Assembly: GCA_030704615.1 (NCBI GenBank)
Contig: CM060733.1
Span: 33,232,001 to 33,296,000 of the forward strand
Direction of reading: 5' to 3'
Length of the DNA stretch: 64,000 bases
DNA from: Takakia lepidozioides
Lineage: Eukaryota; Plantae; Bryophyta
This document shows positions 63,772 through 64,000 of this stretch, in pieces. Positions within the stretch are counted from its first letter, which is position 1; each line of letters starts with the position of its first letter. The notes beneath the pieces were generated by a model, which searched no databases, was not told the DNA's origin, and saw nothing but the letters and a program-made list of their open reading frames with translations. The position numbers and the translations under genes are program-made.

Positions 63772-64000
63772 CTGCCAAAGATAGCAGGTTAGTGTGGTAA
63801 ACACAATCTAAAGTGGAAGTGTGTACATCGGCTATTCAGAACTCTGACACCAAAAAACCATGAATCGTTGATGATCGGTGTCGATCATAAAACATTCTAC
63901 TAGAGTGGAGCTGCAGAGAAAATTGAAACTCATGATCAAAGCATAAGCAGAAGGCAGACGGCATACCAGCTGACCAGGGAAACCCCCTTTCACAAGGTAG

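Overview
Nuclear DNA of a land plant. It is probably a non-seed lineage, inferred from the TE families and the PLS-DYW PPR type. Positions 1-9 kb are repeat and pseudogene debris: PPR fragments, LINE fragments and an LTR-derived piece. Positions 9.7-35.2 kb form a compact gene island: a PLS-class PPR-E-DYW editing factor, ZNHIT3/Hit1, an intronless plastid-type HAD hydrolase, an orphan basic/acidic ORF, prohibitin, an RluD/RluA pseudouridine synthase and MsrA. Positions 36-64 kb are a nested TE field: a tRNA-derived SINE, a DYW pseudogene, a PIF/Harbinger element, a scrambled and a near-complete copy of a Gypsy element carrying extra SWIM and antisense ORFs, and a chromovirus pol plus LTR. Two signals are missed by the ORF track because they need splicing. 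(1) The PPR-DYW protein carries an N-terminal OSB-type PDF (ssDNA-binding) motif. (2) At the right edge, two in-phase exons encode the C-terminal SAM-binding half of a beta-class (N4C/N6A-type) DNA methyltransferase-like domain. Exon models were read by eye from GT-AG sites and reading-frame phase. No database searches were run.
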